NCBI GenBank assembly: GCA_964501265.1
Contig: CAZCSK010000005.1
Span: 1,944-65,943, forward strand
DNA length: 64,000 bases
From: an uncultured Actinomycetes bacterium
GTDB lineage: Bacteria > Actinomycetota > CADDZG01 > JAHWKV01
Direction: 5' to 3'
Within the stretch, counting starts at the first letter, position 1; each line of letters opens with the position of its first letter. Positions 1-9,048 of this stretch are shown here, in pieces. Below the pieces are notes generated by a model. The model was not told where the DNA came from. It worked only from the letters and a program-made list of their open reading frames with translations, and ran no database searches. The position numbers and the translations under genes are program-made.

Positions 1-1295
1 TCCCCCTCTTCTGCGACCTCGGTCACAAAAGCTGCCACATCTCCAAGGGTGGGCATGTATGCGACTCTGCGGCCCGGAGCAAACTCGCACAGGGCTTCTA
101 CTATCAGTTTGCCGCTGACACCCGGAATAGGGGGCTCGCGTGCGGGGAAGACGTCCGTGACAATGGCCACGTCTGAAAGGGCAAGAGCTTCCGCGAATTC
201 TCGAAACATCTCCTTGGTGCGACTGTAGAGATGGGGCTGAAAGACGGCAAGCACGCGTTTGTATGAACCCAGTTTGGCGGCAGCGATCGTCGCTTTGACC
301 TCTGCGGGAAGATGCGCATAGTCATCGATCAGATGAGTGCCGCCAAACATGTTCTTTCTTTCGAAACGGCGAGCCAGTCCTGGAAAAGTGGAAAGACCAC
401 TCGCGATGTCGTCAGGGCTAACCCCCAAAGACCAGCACGCGGCGGCGGCCGCAAGAGCATTTTGGACTTTGTGAATTCCCGGAGCGAAAAGTCTGACCAC
501 GCCGACAACTTCGTCCCGCAGAGTCAAGTCAAACGAAGATCCATCTGAGCCAAGTTCGAGATTGCGGGCCCTTACGTCCGCCGTTTCGTCAAGACCAAAG
601 GTCATTGGGTCAAGTAGCGACGCAAGCGACATCGCAATCGGATCGTCACAACACACGACCACGCGCTCCGAGGAACTGCTAATGAACTCCAAGAAGGCAA
701 CCTTGAGGGACTCAAATGTCCCGTAGTAATCGAGATGGTCCACATCGACATTTAGCAGAACAGCAACGGCAGGTCTCAATTCAAGAAATGCACCATAAGC
801 CTCGTCGGCCTCAACGACGGCAAATTGGCCATTTCCAAGGCGAGCACCTGACCCTCTTCCCGCGATATCGGCCCCGACCATATAGGTGGGATCCAATCCC
901 GCAGTCTCAAGGACAGCTGCCGCCATCGCGGAGGTGGTTGTTTTTCCGTGAGTCCCTGCGATCGCAACGGTTCGAAAATCTGTGAGGAGAAGAGCCTGCG
1001 CCTGGGCGCGCGATATCACCGGGATACCTGCGTCCCTCGCAGCGACAAGTTCAGGGTTATCCGCCGGAACGGCGGCAGAATAGACAACCACATCTGACCC
1101 CGCTACCAAGTCTTGTCTGTGGGGCGAGTAAGCGCTCACTCCCGCGGATCGCAGATCCTCGAGCACTACAGATTGGCTCGAATCTGACCCCGACACGGAG
1201 TGCCCGGACCAAACAAGGATTCTGGCGATCGCACTCATGGCCGCGCCGCCTATACCTACAAGGTGGATGCGCCGCCAGCCAGGGCCGAAATTCAT
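1..1295 (-). CDS. murC: UDP-N-acetylmuramate--L-alanine ligase (runs off the left edge)
   Basis: Manual translation from ATG 1295: MNFGPGWRRIHLVGIGGAAMSAIARIL...SGSD...AIAGTHGKTTTSAM. Start overlaps the murG stop. Confidence 0.95.
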   Translation of the reverse strand, partial: MNFGPGWRRIHLVGIGGAAMSAIARILVWSGHSVSGSDSSQSVVLEDLRSAGVSAYSPHRQDLVAGSDVVVYSAAVPADNPELVAARDAGIPVISRAQAQALLLTDFRTVAIAGTHGKTTTSAMAAAVLETAGLDPTYMVGADIAGRGSGARLGNGQFAVVEADEAYGAFLELRPAVAVLLNVDVDHLDYYGTFESLKVAFLEFISSSSERVVVCCDDPIAMSLASLLDPMTFGLDETADVRARNLELGSDGSSFDLTLRDEVVGVVRLFAPGIHKVQNALAAAAACWSLGVSPDDIASGLSTFPGLARRFERKNMFGGTHLIDDYAHLPAEVKATIAAAKLGSYKRVLAVFQPHLYSRTKEMFREFAEALALSDVAIVTDVFPAREPPIPGVSGKLIVEALCEFAPGRRVAYMPTLGDVAAFVTEVAEEG

Positions 1296-2419
1296 TTGGT
1301 GGGCGCCTGCATTACTATGCGCGCGACTTCCTCAGCCGCCTTTGGCCTTGCAAAGCTACGAAATGCCTCACCCATGGTATCCAGTAAGGCGTCGTTGAAC
1401 AGCGTCTTGGAGACGGCGGCGGCCAATATCTCGGGGTTAAGATCTGCATCCTGGATCATCATTGCTCCGCCGATGCCAGCGATTATCTCCGCGTTTCGCC
1501 GTTGATCGTCGTCCAAAGCATTGGGCAACGGAACCAGGATCGAGGGCAGCCCCCAGGTCGCCAATTCTGAGATCGTCGAAGCGCCAGCGCGGCTGAGGCA
1601 AAGGTCTGCACAGGCGTAGGCCAGGTCCATGCGGTCGGTGTACCCGACGATTTTCCAGACCATCCGTTCCGGCGAGTTCATGGTCTCGATGGTGCTGGTG
1701 GCTTCCGCCAGCTTCGCCTCGCCCACCAGGTGAAGGACCTGCAGCTGTTTGTCTTTGAGCAATTCAAAGGCGCCGAAAGCTAAAGTGTTTATGCGGAGCG
1801 CTCCCTGGCTTCCGCCGGTGACAAGAAGAGTCTTTGTGGTGGAATCCAAACCGAAATGATCGTAAGGCTCGCGTTGCAACTCTAAAGAGTCGGGGTCCGC
1901 ATGAACCCTACGTGCGGCATTCACGATACCCGCTCTCACGGGATTGCCCGTGAAGATCGCCCTCGCAAAATGCTCTTCCGTCCCCGGAAAGCTGACCGCC
2001 ACATGCTTGGCGAATCGGGCAGACAATCGATTGGCGAATCCGGGCACCGAGTTTTGTTCATGAAGTACCAACGGACATCGTAGGAGCGCCGCCGCGAACG
2101 CGGCGGGAAGGCTCACATACCCACCCATTCCCAGCACGACCTGCGGACGGAATCGCAGAAACACAATGGAGCAACGAAGGGTCGCCAACCCAAGCCGAAA
2201 CGTTGCTCGAACGTTGCGCCATGTAACCCCTCCACGCCCTCGGCTGATTACCTTGACCTTTGCGAACGCGAATCCACTTTCACCCACGATTCGGGATTCC
2301 GGTCCTCGTGGGGTCCCGATGAACAGAACCTCTGCCCCCAGATCACGAAGAACTTCAGCAACCGCGAGTCCCGGAGACAGGTGTCCGGTTGTTCCCCCTG
2401 CAGCTATTGCAACCCTCAC
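1292..2419 (-). CDS. murG: Undecaprenyl-PP-MurNAc-pentapeptide GlcNAc transferase
   Basis: AAGGTTGH, GMGGYVS, HEQN, GNPVR, GGSQGA, SRAGAST motifs. Start is GTG 2419, or GTG 2505 if one base is missing. Confidence 0.96.
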   Translation of the reverse strand: MRVAIAAGGTTGHLSPGLAVAEVLRDLGAEVLFIGTPRGPESRIVGESGFAFAKVKVISRGRGGVTWRNVRATFRLGLATLRCSIVFLRFRPQVVLGMGGYVSLPAAFAAALLRCPLVLHEQNSVPGFANRLSARFAKHVAVSFPGTEEHFARAIFTGNPVRAGIVNAARRVHADPDSLELQREPYDHFGLDSTTKTLLVTGGSQGALRINTLAFGAFELLKDKQLQVLHLVGEAKLAEATSTIETMNSPERMVWKIVGYTDRMDLAYACADLCLSRAGASTISELATWGLPSILVPLPNALDDDQRRNAEIIAGIGGAMMIQDADLNPEILAAAVSKTLFNDALLDTMGEAFRSFARPKAAEEVARIVMQAPTK

Positions 2420-2497
2420 GGGGGGGTTCGGGGGGGTAGCAGCCCCCTTAGGTAACTCGCGCGCGCCAGAAGGTGCGGACCCCCTGAGATCAACTGG
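2419..2497 (+). repeat. G-rich palindromic element, copy A (ftsW/murG junction)
   Basis: GGGGGGGTTCGGGGGGGTAGCAGCC...GCGCGCCAGAAGGTGCGGACCCCCTGAGATCAAC. Aligns by eye with five other copies. Confidence 0.92.
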
Positions 2498-2504
2498 GTA
2501 GTCA

Positions 2505-3707
2505 CTAGAATCTGGAGCGGCGCGCAACAGACAAGAGAATCCCAATTCCCGCCATCGTGAACACGAGTGACGACCCGCCGTACGAGATCAGGGGTAGCGG
2601 TACACCGGTGATCGGAAGCAGGCCCGAGACGGCGCCTATATTGATCAGGGCTTGGATGCCTAGCCATCCGGTGATGCCACCGGCCACCAGCGTTCCAAAC
2701 CGGTCGGGCGCAGCGCGCGCAATCCGAATGCCGAGATAGATCACGAGAGCAAACATGACGAGAACGAACAAGGTTCCCGCGAGACCCAGTTCCTCACCGA
2801 GGATCGCAAAGATGAAATCCGTATGCGCGTTAGGGACGTAGGACCATTTTTGGCGGCTCGCACCAAGTCCCACGCCGAACCACCCGCCACTTCCAAGGGC
2901 GATCTGGCCCTGGATGGTGTGATAGCCGGTATTGAGCGGATCAGCCCAGGGATTCAGAAAAGAAAAAACGCGGGCCCGCCGATAGCCTTCAGTAAGAGCC
3001 AGGACGGCGACGGCCACGAACCCGGTGGAAGCCATCATCGCCAAATGTCGCAAGCGTGCTCCCGCCAAATACAGGACGATAAACACGCATGCCGCGCAGA
3101 TGACGGCAGTCCCGAGGTCCGGCTGCGCGATCACCAGGAGGCAGGCAAGCCCGGTCGCGGGCAATATGGGCACTGCCATTTCACGGCCTTCGAGGATCTT
3201 TCGTCCTTTGAGGTCCAGGACGTGTGCGCAGAAGATGATCAGTGCAAGCTTTGCCATTTCTGAGGGCTGGATGCTAATAGGACCGGCAATGAGCCACCTG
3301 CTCGATCCCCCGCGAGTCGATCCGATCCCAGGAATCAATACCGCGAAGAGCCCGATAACGCTGAGCCCCATAAACGGCCGCGCCCAGCGCCGAAGTTTCG
3401 TGTGATCGACCCGAGCCAGGATGGCCATCAGGGCCAGCCCTATGACAAATCCAATCGCCTGGCGATAGAAAAACAGAAACGACGATCCATACTTGCGGTA
3501 AGCCTCGATTGATGATGCCGACAGAATCATGACCAGCCCCATCACAGCAAGCACTATTGAGGTGATTGCCAGAACAAGCCCCGGACGCCCGACTAAACGC
3601 CGGGGAGCGGCTACAACCGGGGGGTTCGGGGGGGTAGCAGCCGCCCGGCGGTACGACTTGGGCGCGCCAGAAGCTGCGAACCCCCTGAGATCAACTGGTG
3701 AGCTCAC
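2505..3707 (-). CDS. ftsW: Septal peptidoglycan polymerase FtsW with element-derived N-terminal segment
   Basis: RW...IQPSE.AK, QPDLGT, HTDFIFAILGEELG, GVPLPLISYGGSS. GTG start overlaps the murD stop. Confidence 0.96.
   Translation of the reverse strand: MSSPVDLRGFAASGAPKSYRRAAATPPNPPVVAAPRRLVGRPGLVLAITSIVLAVMGLVMILSASSIEAYRKYGSSFLFFYRQAIGFVIGLALMAILARVDHTKLRRWARPFMGLSVIGLFAVLIPGIGSTRGGSSRWLIAGPISIQPSEMAKLALIIFCAHVLDLKGRKILEGREMAVPILPATGLACLLVIAQPDLGTAVICAACVFIVLYLAGARLRHLAMMASTGFVAVAVLALTEGYRRARVFSFLNPWADPLNTGYHTIQGQIALGSGGWFGVGLGASRQKWSYVPNAHTDFIFAILGEELGLAGTLFVLVMFALVIYLGIRIARAAPDRFGTLVAGGITGWLGIQALINIGAVSGLLPITGVPLPLISYGGSSLVFTMAGIGILLSVARRSRF
3618..3698 (+). repeat. G-rich palindromic element, copy B (in-frame in ftsW 5' end)
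   Basis: GGGGGGTTCGGGGGGGTAGCAGCCGCCCGGCGGTACGACTTGGGCGCGCCAGAAGCTGCGAACCCCCTGAGATCAAC. Confidence 0.93.
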
Positions 3708-5101
3708 GGGCTCATCACCGCTTTCACGAACCTGTCTCCGCGTTCGCCGTAATTCGCGTACTGGTCCCAACTCGCGCATGCGGGAGAAAGAAGTACGGTG
3801 TCCCCTGGTTGCGCGAGTTCGCGCGCAATTCGTACTGCGTCCTCAACGACCTCGGCTCGTCTGCATTCCAGATCACTGAAGATGCTCTCCAGTTCTTCGG
3901 CCGTCTCGCCCATCACGATAATCGCCCTAAGCGCGGGACCAGCTTCCCGAAGAACTGACAGGTCCAGGCCCCTGGCAAGACCTCCGGCAATTAGAATGAC
4001 ATCGTTCAGGCCCGCTAGAGCTCTTAGTGTGGCGTGAGGGTTCGTGGCTTTGGAGTCGTCGATAAACCGGACGCCGGCGCGTTCACCCACGTCCGCCATT
4101 CGATGGGGCAATCCTTCAAACACCTTCACCGCTTCTGCAATCGTCTTCAAATCGACCCCTGCTTTGATCGCGGCCAAACCGGCCGCCAAGACATTCTCGA
4201 CATTGTGGGCCCCTTTAACGCGGATATCGGAGAGACTCACGAAGGGACTGGCTCCTTCTGGCCCTGAAATCACGAGTTGGTCTCCCTCAACTCCGGCCGC
4301 CGCCCACACGTCTCGATCTAGATTCTGCCGGATCGATTTGCGAATCTGTGCGGGACTTTCCAACCCAAATGCAGCAATCGAGGCCTGAGTTTGCGATCCA
4401 ATCGCCGCACATCCCTTATCGTCGAACTTCATTACCAGCAGATCCGTCTCGTCCTGATTCGCGACGATCCTTGCCTTGGCTTCGAGATACTGCTCGTAAC
4501 CCGCATGCCAATCGTAATGATCGTCCGCTACGTTTAGGACAATCGCGATATGGGGCCGGAAGCGATCGATGAATGCCAGCTGCTGGCTCGAGACTTCACA
4601 GACAAAGACAGTGCCCGCGGGGCAAGTTCGTGCGGCCTCGACCAGCGGAATGCCGATGTTGCCCACCGCCGCGGCGGGCAGGCCCGCGACTTCGAGAACA
4701 GATGCGAGCAACGTGGTAGTGGTCGTCTTGCCGTTGGTCCCGGTGACGGCAAAGATGGGGCCCGAAACAAGTCTGGACCCAAGCTCGATCTCGCTCCACA
4801 CAGCCATCCCCCCTCGGAGCGCGCCGGCAATCAGGGGGTTGGACGGAGGAACGCCCGGACTGGGAATCACCAGATCGGCCCAGTCCAAAAGACCGGCATC
4901 GTGATCGCCGAACGTCACCTCGGCCCCCAATTCACGAAGCTCGACAGCGGTCACAAGATGTGCGTCGTCCTCAATGGCTTCCGTGACATGCACCGCTGCG
5001 CCGAGGTCGAGCAGAGCCTCGGCCGTAGCCTTGCCGGTCACCTTGCCCAATCCGATGACGATTACGCGCCGATGGCCTTCGAGTACGCCCGCAGGCGTCA
5101 T
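3704..5101 (-). CDS. murD: UDP-MurNAc-L-Ala--D-Glu ligase
   Basis: SPGVP, GTNGKTTT, EVSSQQL, DDSKATN, LLSPACASWDQY..Y.ERG. Confidence 0.96.
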   Translation of the reverse strand: MTPAGVLEGHRRVIVIGLGKVTGKATAEALLDLGAAVHVTEAIEDDAHLVTAVELRELGAEVTFGDHDAGLLDWADLVIPSPGVPPSNPLIAGALRGGMAVWSEIELGSRLVSGPIFAVTGTNGKTTTTTLLASVLEVAGLPAAAVGNIGIPLVEAARTCPAGTVFVCEVSSQQLAFIDRFRPHIAIVLNVADDHYDWHAGYEQYLEAKARIVANQDETDLLVMKFDDKGCAAIGSQTQASIAAFGLESPAQIRKSIRQNLDRDVWAAAGVEGDQLVISGPEGASPFVSLSDIRVKGAHNVENVLAAGLAAIKAGVDLKTIAEAVKVFEGLPHRMADVGERAGVRFIDDSKATNPHATLRALAGLNDVILIAGGLARGLDLSVLREAGPALRAIIVMGETAEELESIFSDLECRRAEVVEDAVRIARELAQPGDTVLLSPACASWDQYANYGERGDRFVKAVMSP

Positions 5102-6156
5102 CAGTCGACTCCGCCCACCGCAATAAATTCCGCGTAGAACAGGCCGAGCGCAAACGCAACCGCCAATCCCGTGAGAATCCAGAACCGCACTATTACAGTG
5201 AACTCCGGCCACCCTCGGAGTTCGAAGTGGTGATGGATGGGCGCCATCAAGAATACGCGTCTTCGAAAGACCTTGAAGGAGATCACTTGCATAAGGACCG
5301 ATGAAACCTCAACAACGTAAAGACCGCCGAGCACGATCAGCAAGAGCTGCGTGTTCGTAAGGATGGCGAGTGACGCCATGGCGCCACCCAGTGCGAAAGA
5401 CCCGGTATCGCCCATGAAAATTTTTGCTGGCGCCGCGTTCCACCACAAGAATCCCGCAGAGGCTCCGAGCATGCTGGCAGCGACCATCGCGAGGTCAAGG
5501 GAATGAGGCGCCTCATAACAGCCGTCTTGCAAAGAGAGCAAACATGAGTGCCGCGCCTGCCAGAAGGCGATTACGACGTAGGCGACCATCACGAGAGCTC
5601 CCGAGCCGCAGGCCAGCCCGTCGAGCCCATCGGCCAGATTCACCCCGTTGGAGGTGGCGGACATGATTATGAATATCCAGGCTACGAAGAGCACATTGAC
5701 ATCAAGCCCCACACCAAGTGGCCTCACAAAAGAAACTTCCGCAACGGCCTGCGAATAATTGGACAAGTAGGCGAATCCCACCGCGATGATGAGTTGGCCC
5801 AAGAACTTAGTTCTCTTGTTGAGACCCAACGACCGCCTTCTTGAGATCTTGATGTAATCGTCGACGAACCCGAGCAATCCCATCGCAGCAATCGTGCCGA
5901 CCGCGAGAAGTCCGCTCGCTGAGAATGGCTCGAAACCATCAGGGCGCAGATGGGCAAGCAGATAGGCAATGAAGGCCCCAGCGACGATTACTAGCCCGCC
6001 CATGGTCGGGGTGCCGCTCTTTACGAAGTGGGCACGCGGGCCATCTTCTCGCACGTTCTGACCGTATTTCCGACTCTGCAGCGTTTTGATTGCAAGAGGT
6101 GTGCCGATCAGCACGAACACCAAAGCAAGTCCCGCAGCGAGCAGAATGCTGATCAT
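5101..6156 (-). CDS. mraY: Phospho-MurNAc-pentapeptide transferase
   Basis: KSGTPTMGG, DDY.K, NGVNLADGLDGL, IFMGDTGS, MAPIHHHFE. Confidence 0.97.
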   Translation of the reverse strand: MISILLAAGLALVFVLIGTPLAIKTLQSRKYGQNVREDGPRAHFVKSGTPTMGGLVIVAGAFIAYLLAHLRPDGFEPFSASGLLAVGTIAAMGLLGFVDDYIKISRRRSLGLNKRTKFLGQLIIAVGFAYLSNYSQAVAEVSFVRPLGVGLDVNVLFVAWIFIIMSATSNGVNLADGLDGLACGSGALVMVAYVVIAFWQARHSCLLSLQDGCYEAPHSLDLAMVAASMLGASAGFLWWNAAPAKIFMGDTGSFALGGAMASLAILTNTQLLLIVLGGLYVVEVSSVLMQVISFKVFRRRVFLMAPIHHHFELRGWPEFTVIVRFWILTGLAVAFALGLFYAEFIAVGGVD

Positions 6157-7562
6157 CGGGCCACGCCTTGATTCGGGGGGTTCGTTGCCTCTGTCGCGCT
6201 GAACCATTTGGCTACTTTTTCGAGACCGGTCACTCGGGATCCTTTGATCAGTAGCAAATCGCCGGGTCCGAGCGTTCCAACCGCCTCGGGGATCTCTTCT
6301 GCGGTGCGTATTTCCGTGATCTCATCGAATCCTGCTTCCCGGGCCCCGGTGGCAATGGCCCGCGCTGTGTCTCCAACGACAATTAACTTCGTAACAAGCG
6401 ACCCCGCAAGCCGCCCTGCACTCAAATGCTCGCTCTCTTCGATCGCACCCAACTCCGCCATATGCCCCAGAACTGCGATAAACCTTCCCTCACGGGCGAG
6501 GAAGGCGCACGTTCGCAGGGCCGCCGCCAAAGAGTCCGGGTTTGAGTTGTATGCGTCATTGACAATCATGGCCTCACCGATCTTGGAGATTGCCATCCGA
6601 GAGGGCGACGGCTTCACATCCTCCAGCCCGGCCCGGCAGTCGAGCAAAGTTAAACCAAGGGCTAAGGCCGCGGCGGAAGCGGCGAGTGCATTCACAACCT
6701 GATGCTCACCCGCAATTGGCAGCGCCACCGAGACCGACTCCCCCTCACATTGCATTCGAAATGTTGCGCGCGCTTGGGAATCCAGCCGGATCGATTCGCC
6801 CCGAAGCCAGGATTCTTCGCCGCGCCCGAATGTCAGAATGGCGGCCTGAGTGTTTCTCCCCATTTTAATAACTCGATCGTCGTCGGCGTTTAACACCGCG
6901 GTGCCACCCTCCGGCAAAGATGCCACTAGTTCCGCCTTTGTTGCCGCTATCGCCTCTCGGGAGCCGAATTCTCCGAAATGAGCAACCCCGACATTGGTGA
7001 CGACGCCGACCCATGGACGCGCGTACTCGCATAGCTGAAGAATCTGGCCCGTCCCACGAGCGGCCATCTCACAAATCACGACTTCGGTGTCGATACCAGC
7101 CTGCAAAAGAGTGAGTGGAACGCCGATCTCGTTGTTGTAGGAACGCGGAGCATACGCGGTCCTCATGGTTCTCGAGGTAATCGCAGCAAGCATGTCCTTG
7201 GTTCCGGTTTTTCCCGTCGAACCTGTGATGCCCACAACTACCGGATCGATTGTGTCCCTTACCCAGGCCGCCAGCCGGACGAGCGCTGCGACGGCATCGG
7301 GCACAACAAGTTGCGGAAGTGAAACCTCGGGCACTTCGCGAGTCACCAACGCGCCCGCAGCACCCCGCAGGGCTGCTTCCCGCAAGTACCGGTAAACGTC
7401 CACGTCGGCACCTTCGAGGGCAACAAACAGATCACCGCGCTCTATCGTCCTCGAATCAATCGAAATCGACTTCGTCTCGATCTCGAAGTCAACAGAGGGG
7501 TCTGGCTCGTTGACCTCGCGAGCGTCCAGTATTCGGGCGATTTGTGAGAGTTGGAGTCTCAT
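6153..7562 (-). CDS. murF: UDP-MurNAc-tripeptide--D-Ala-D-Ala ligase
   Basis: GITGSTGKT.TK, SYNNEIGVPLT, NDAYN.NP.S, LGHMAELG, KGSR. Confidence 0.96.
   Translation of the reverse strand: MRLQLSQIARILDAREVNEPDPSVDFEIETKSISIDSRTIERGDLFVALEGADVDVYRYLREAALRGAAGALVTREVPEVSLPQLVVPDAVAALVRLAAWVRDTIDPVVVGITGSTGKTGTKDMLAAITSRTMRTAYAPRSYNNEIGVPLTLLQAGIDTEVVICEMAARGTGQILQLCEYARPWVGVVTNVGVAHFGEFGSREAIAATKAELVASLPEGGTAVLNADDDRVIKMGRNTQAAILTFGRGEESWLRGESIRLDSQARATFRMQCEGESVSVALPIAGEHQVVNALAASAAALALGLTLLDCRAGLEDVKPSPSRMAISKIGEAMIVNDAYNSNPDSLAAALRTCAFLAREGRFIAVLGHMAELGAIEESEHLSAGRLAGSLVTKLIVVGDTARAIATGAREAGFDEITEIRTAEEIPEAVGTLGPGDLLLIKGSRVTGLEKVAKWFSATEATNPPNQGVAR
6167..6199 (-). repeat. Degenerate right half of the element at the murF 3' end
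   Basis: Minus strand GCGCGACAGAGGCAACGAACCCCCCGAATCAAG versus copy C GCGCGCCAGAAGCTGCGAACCCCCCGAATCAAG. Confidence 0.75.
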
Positions 7563-9010
7563 CGCATCTTTCGAAGAGCGTCGGCCGCGACCAACCGATC
7601 ATCGAAGTCGATCGTTCGATCGGCGAATTCTTGGCCCGTCTCATGGCCCTTACCCGCGATGACAACAACGTCGCCATCTCTTGCTTCGCCTAGAGCGCGC
7701 CGGATGGCCTCGGCGCGATCAGAGATGATTTCGTACCCAAGCGGAGGCGGCGATTCCGCAAGACCTTTCTCAATTTCTCTCAGAATTTGCAACGGATCCT
7801 CGCTTCTTGGGTTGTCGGAGGTCGCAAACACCAGATCGGCCCCCCGGCCCGCAACCTCGCCCATCAGGGGTCGTTTACCTGCATCGCGATCTCCCCCACA
7901 CCCAAAAACGGCAATGACGCGCCCCTGGCCAATCCCGCGAGCGGCGGCAAGGACTTCTGCCAGTCCGTCGGGCGTGTGGGCGTAATCCACAATCACGGCG
8001 AACGGTTGCCCGGCGTCAACTTTCTCGAAGCGCCCCGGAACCCCGGCCAATGACTCAAGCCCCGAAGCGATGTCGCCCGGCGCAATCCCCAAGATATTGG
8101 CCGCCGCCGCAGCGCCGAGTGCGTTCATCACATTGAATGCACCCGGAATCCTGATGTGAATGTCGATGTCGAGGTCCCTTCCGGCAGCGCGAAAGGAGGA
8201 ACCTTGCGCTCCGAGTTGTATGTCCTCGGCCACAAGGTCGGCGTTGCCAGCGCCAAAAGTCGTTACCGGAATGTCGACCTCCGACGCCAGCCGTCTGCCC
8301 CACTCATCGTCGACGTTCACCGCAGCCGCGTGAGCCAGATCGGTAAATAAGAATCGTTTCGCCAGGTAGTAATTTCCCATCGTATGGTGGAAGTTCAGAT
8401 GATCCTGGCTGAGGTTTGTGAACACTGCAACATCGAAGTCAGTGCCATCGGTCCGGCCCTGAGCAATTCCCTCTGAAGTCACTTCCATGGCGCATCTCGT
8501 TACACCTGCGCTTACCATCTCGCTGAGCAATCGTTGCAGGTCGATCGCCTCCGGGGTTCCCCGAGAGGCCGGCAGGATTTTCGAACCGATCCTTCTTTCG
8601 ATAGTTGAGAGCAAACCAGACACGTCACCAGCTGCTCGGAAGATCGCGTCCAGCATGTAGACGGTTGTCGTCTTGCCGTTCGTGCCGGTAACTCCTGCCA
8701 TGCTCAACTTAGCGCTTGGTAGACCAAAGAAATCGTTGGCCACAAGAGCCATCGCGCGCCGAGGATCTTTAACGATCAGTTGAGGGACCACAGTTTGGAC
8801 TTTGCGCTCGCAAACAAGCGCACTCGCTCCGGCCGTTACCGCTTGCTCGGCGAATAGATGACCGTCAGTTACGGCGCCGGGAAAGCAGAAAAAGAGACTG
8901 CCCGCGCTTACCTCCCGCGAGTCGTATGCAAGATCGACGATTTCAACGCTCTGCTCAGCCTCTGCTAGCGCAGAGGCCCCGAGGATGTCGGCAATTCGAC
9001 CCAGCTTCAT
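7559..9010 (-). CDS. murE: UDP-MurNAc-dipeptide--diaminopimelate ligase
   Basis: GVTGTNGKTT, FTNLSQDHL, VDYAHTPD, DNPR (mDAP-type), AGKGHE. Alternative start at 9034. Confidence 0.96.
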   Translation of the reverse strand: MKLGRIADILGASALAEAEQSVEIVDLAYDSREVSAGSLFFCFPGAVTDGHLFAEQAVTAGASALVCERKVQTVVPQLIVKDPRRAMALVANDFFGLPSAKLSMAGVTGTNGKTTTVYMLDAIFRAAGDVSGLLSTIERRIGSKILPASRGTPEAIDLQRLLSEMVSAGVTRCAMEVTSEGIAQGRTDGTDFDVAVFTNLSQDHLNFHHTMGNYYLAKRFLFTDLAHAAAVNVDDEWGRRLASEVDIPVTTFGAGNADLVAEDIQLGAQGSSFRAAGRDLDIDIHIRIPGAFNVMNALGAAAAANILGIAPGDIASGLESLAGVPGRFEKVDAGQPFAVIVDYAHTPDGLAEVLAAARGIGQGRVIAVFGCGGDRDAGKRPLMGEVAGRGADLVFATSDNPRSEDPLQILREIEKGLAESPPPLGYEIISDRAEAIRRALGEARDGDVVVIAGKGHETGQEFADRTIDFDDRLVAADALRKMR

Positions 9011-9048
9011 TGGAGCAAGCCTAGCGCCCCGCACTTAGTGCGGAGGCA

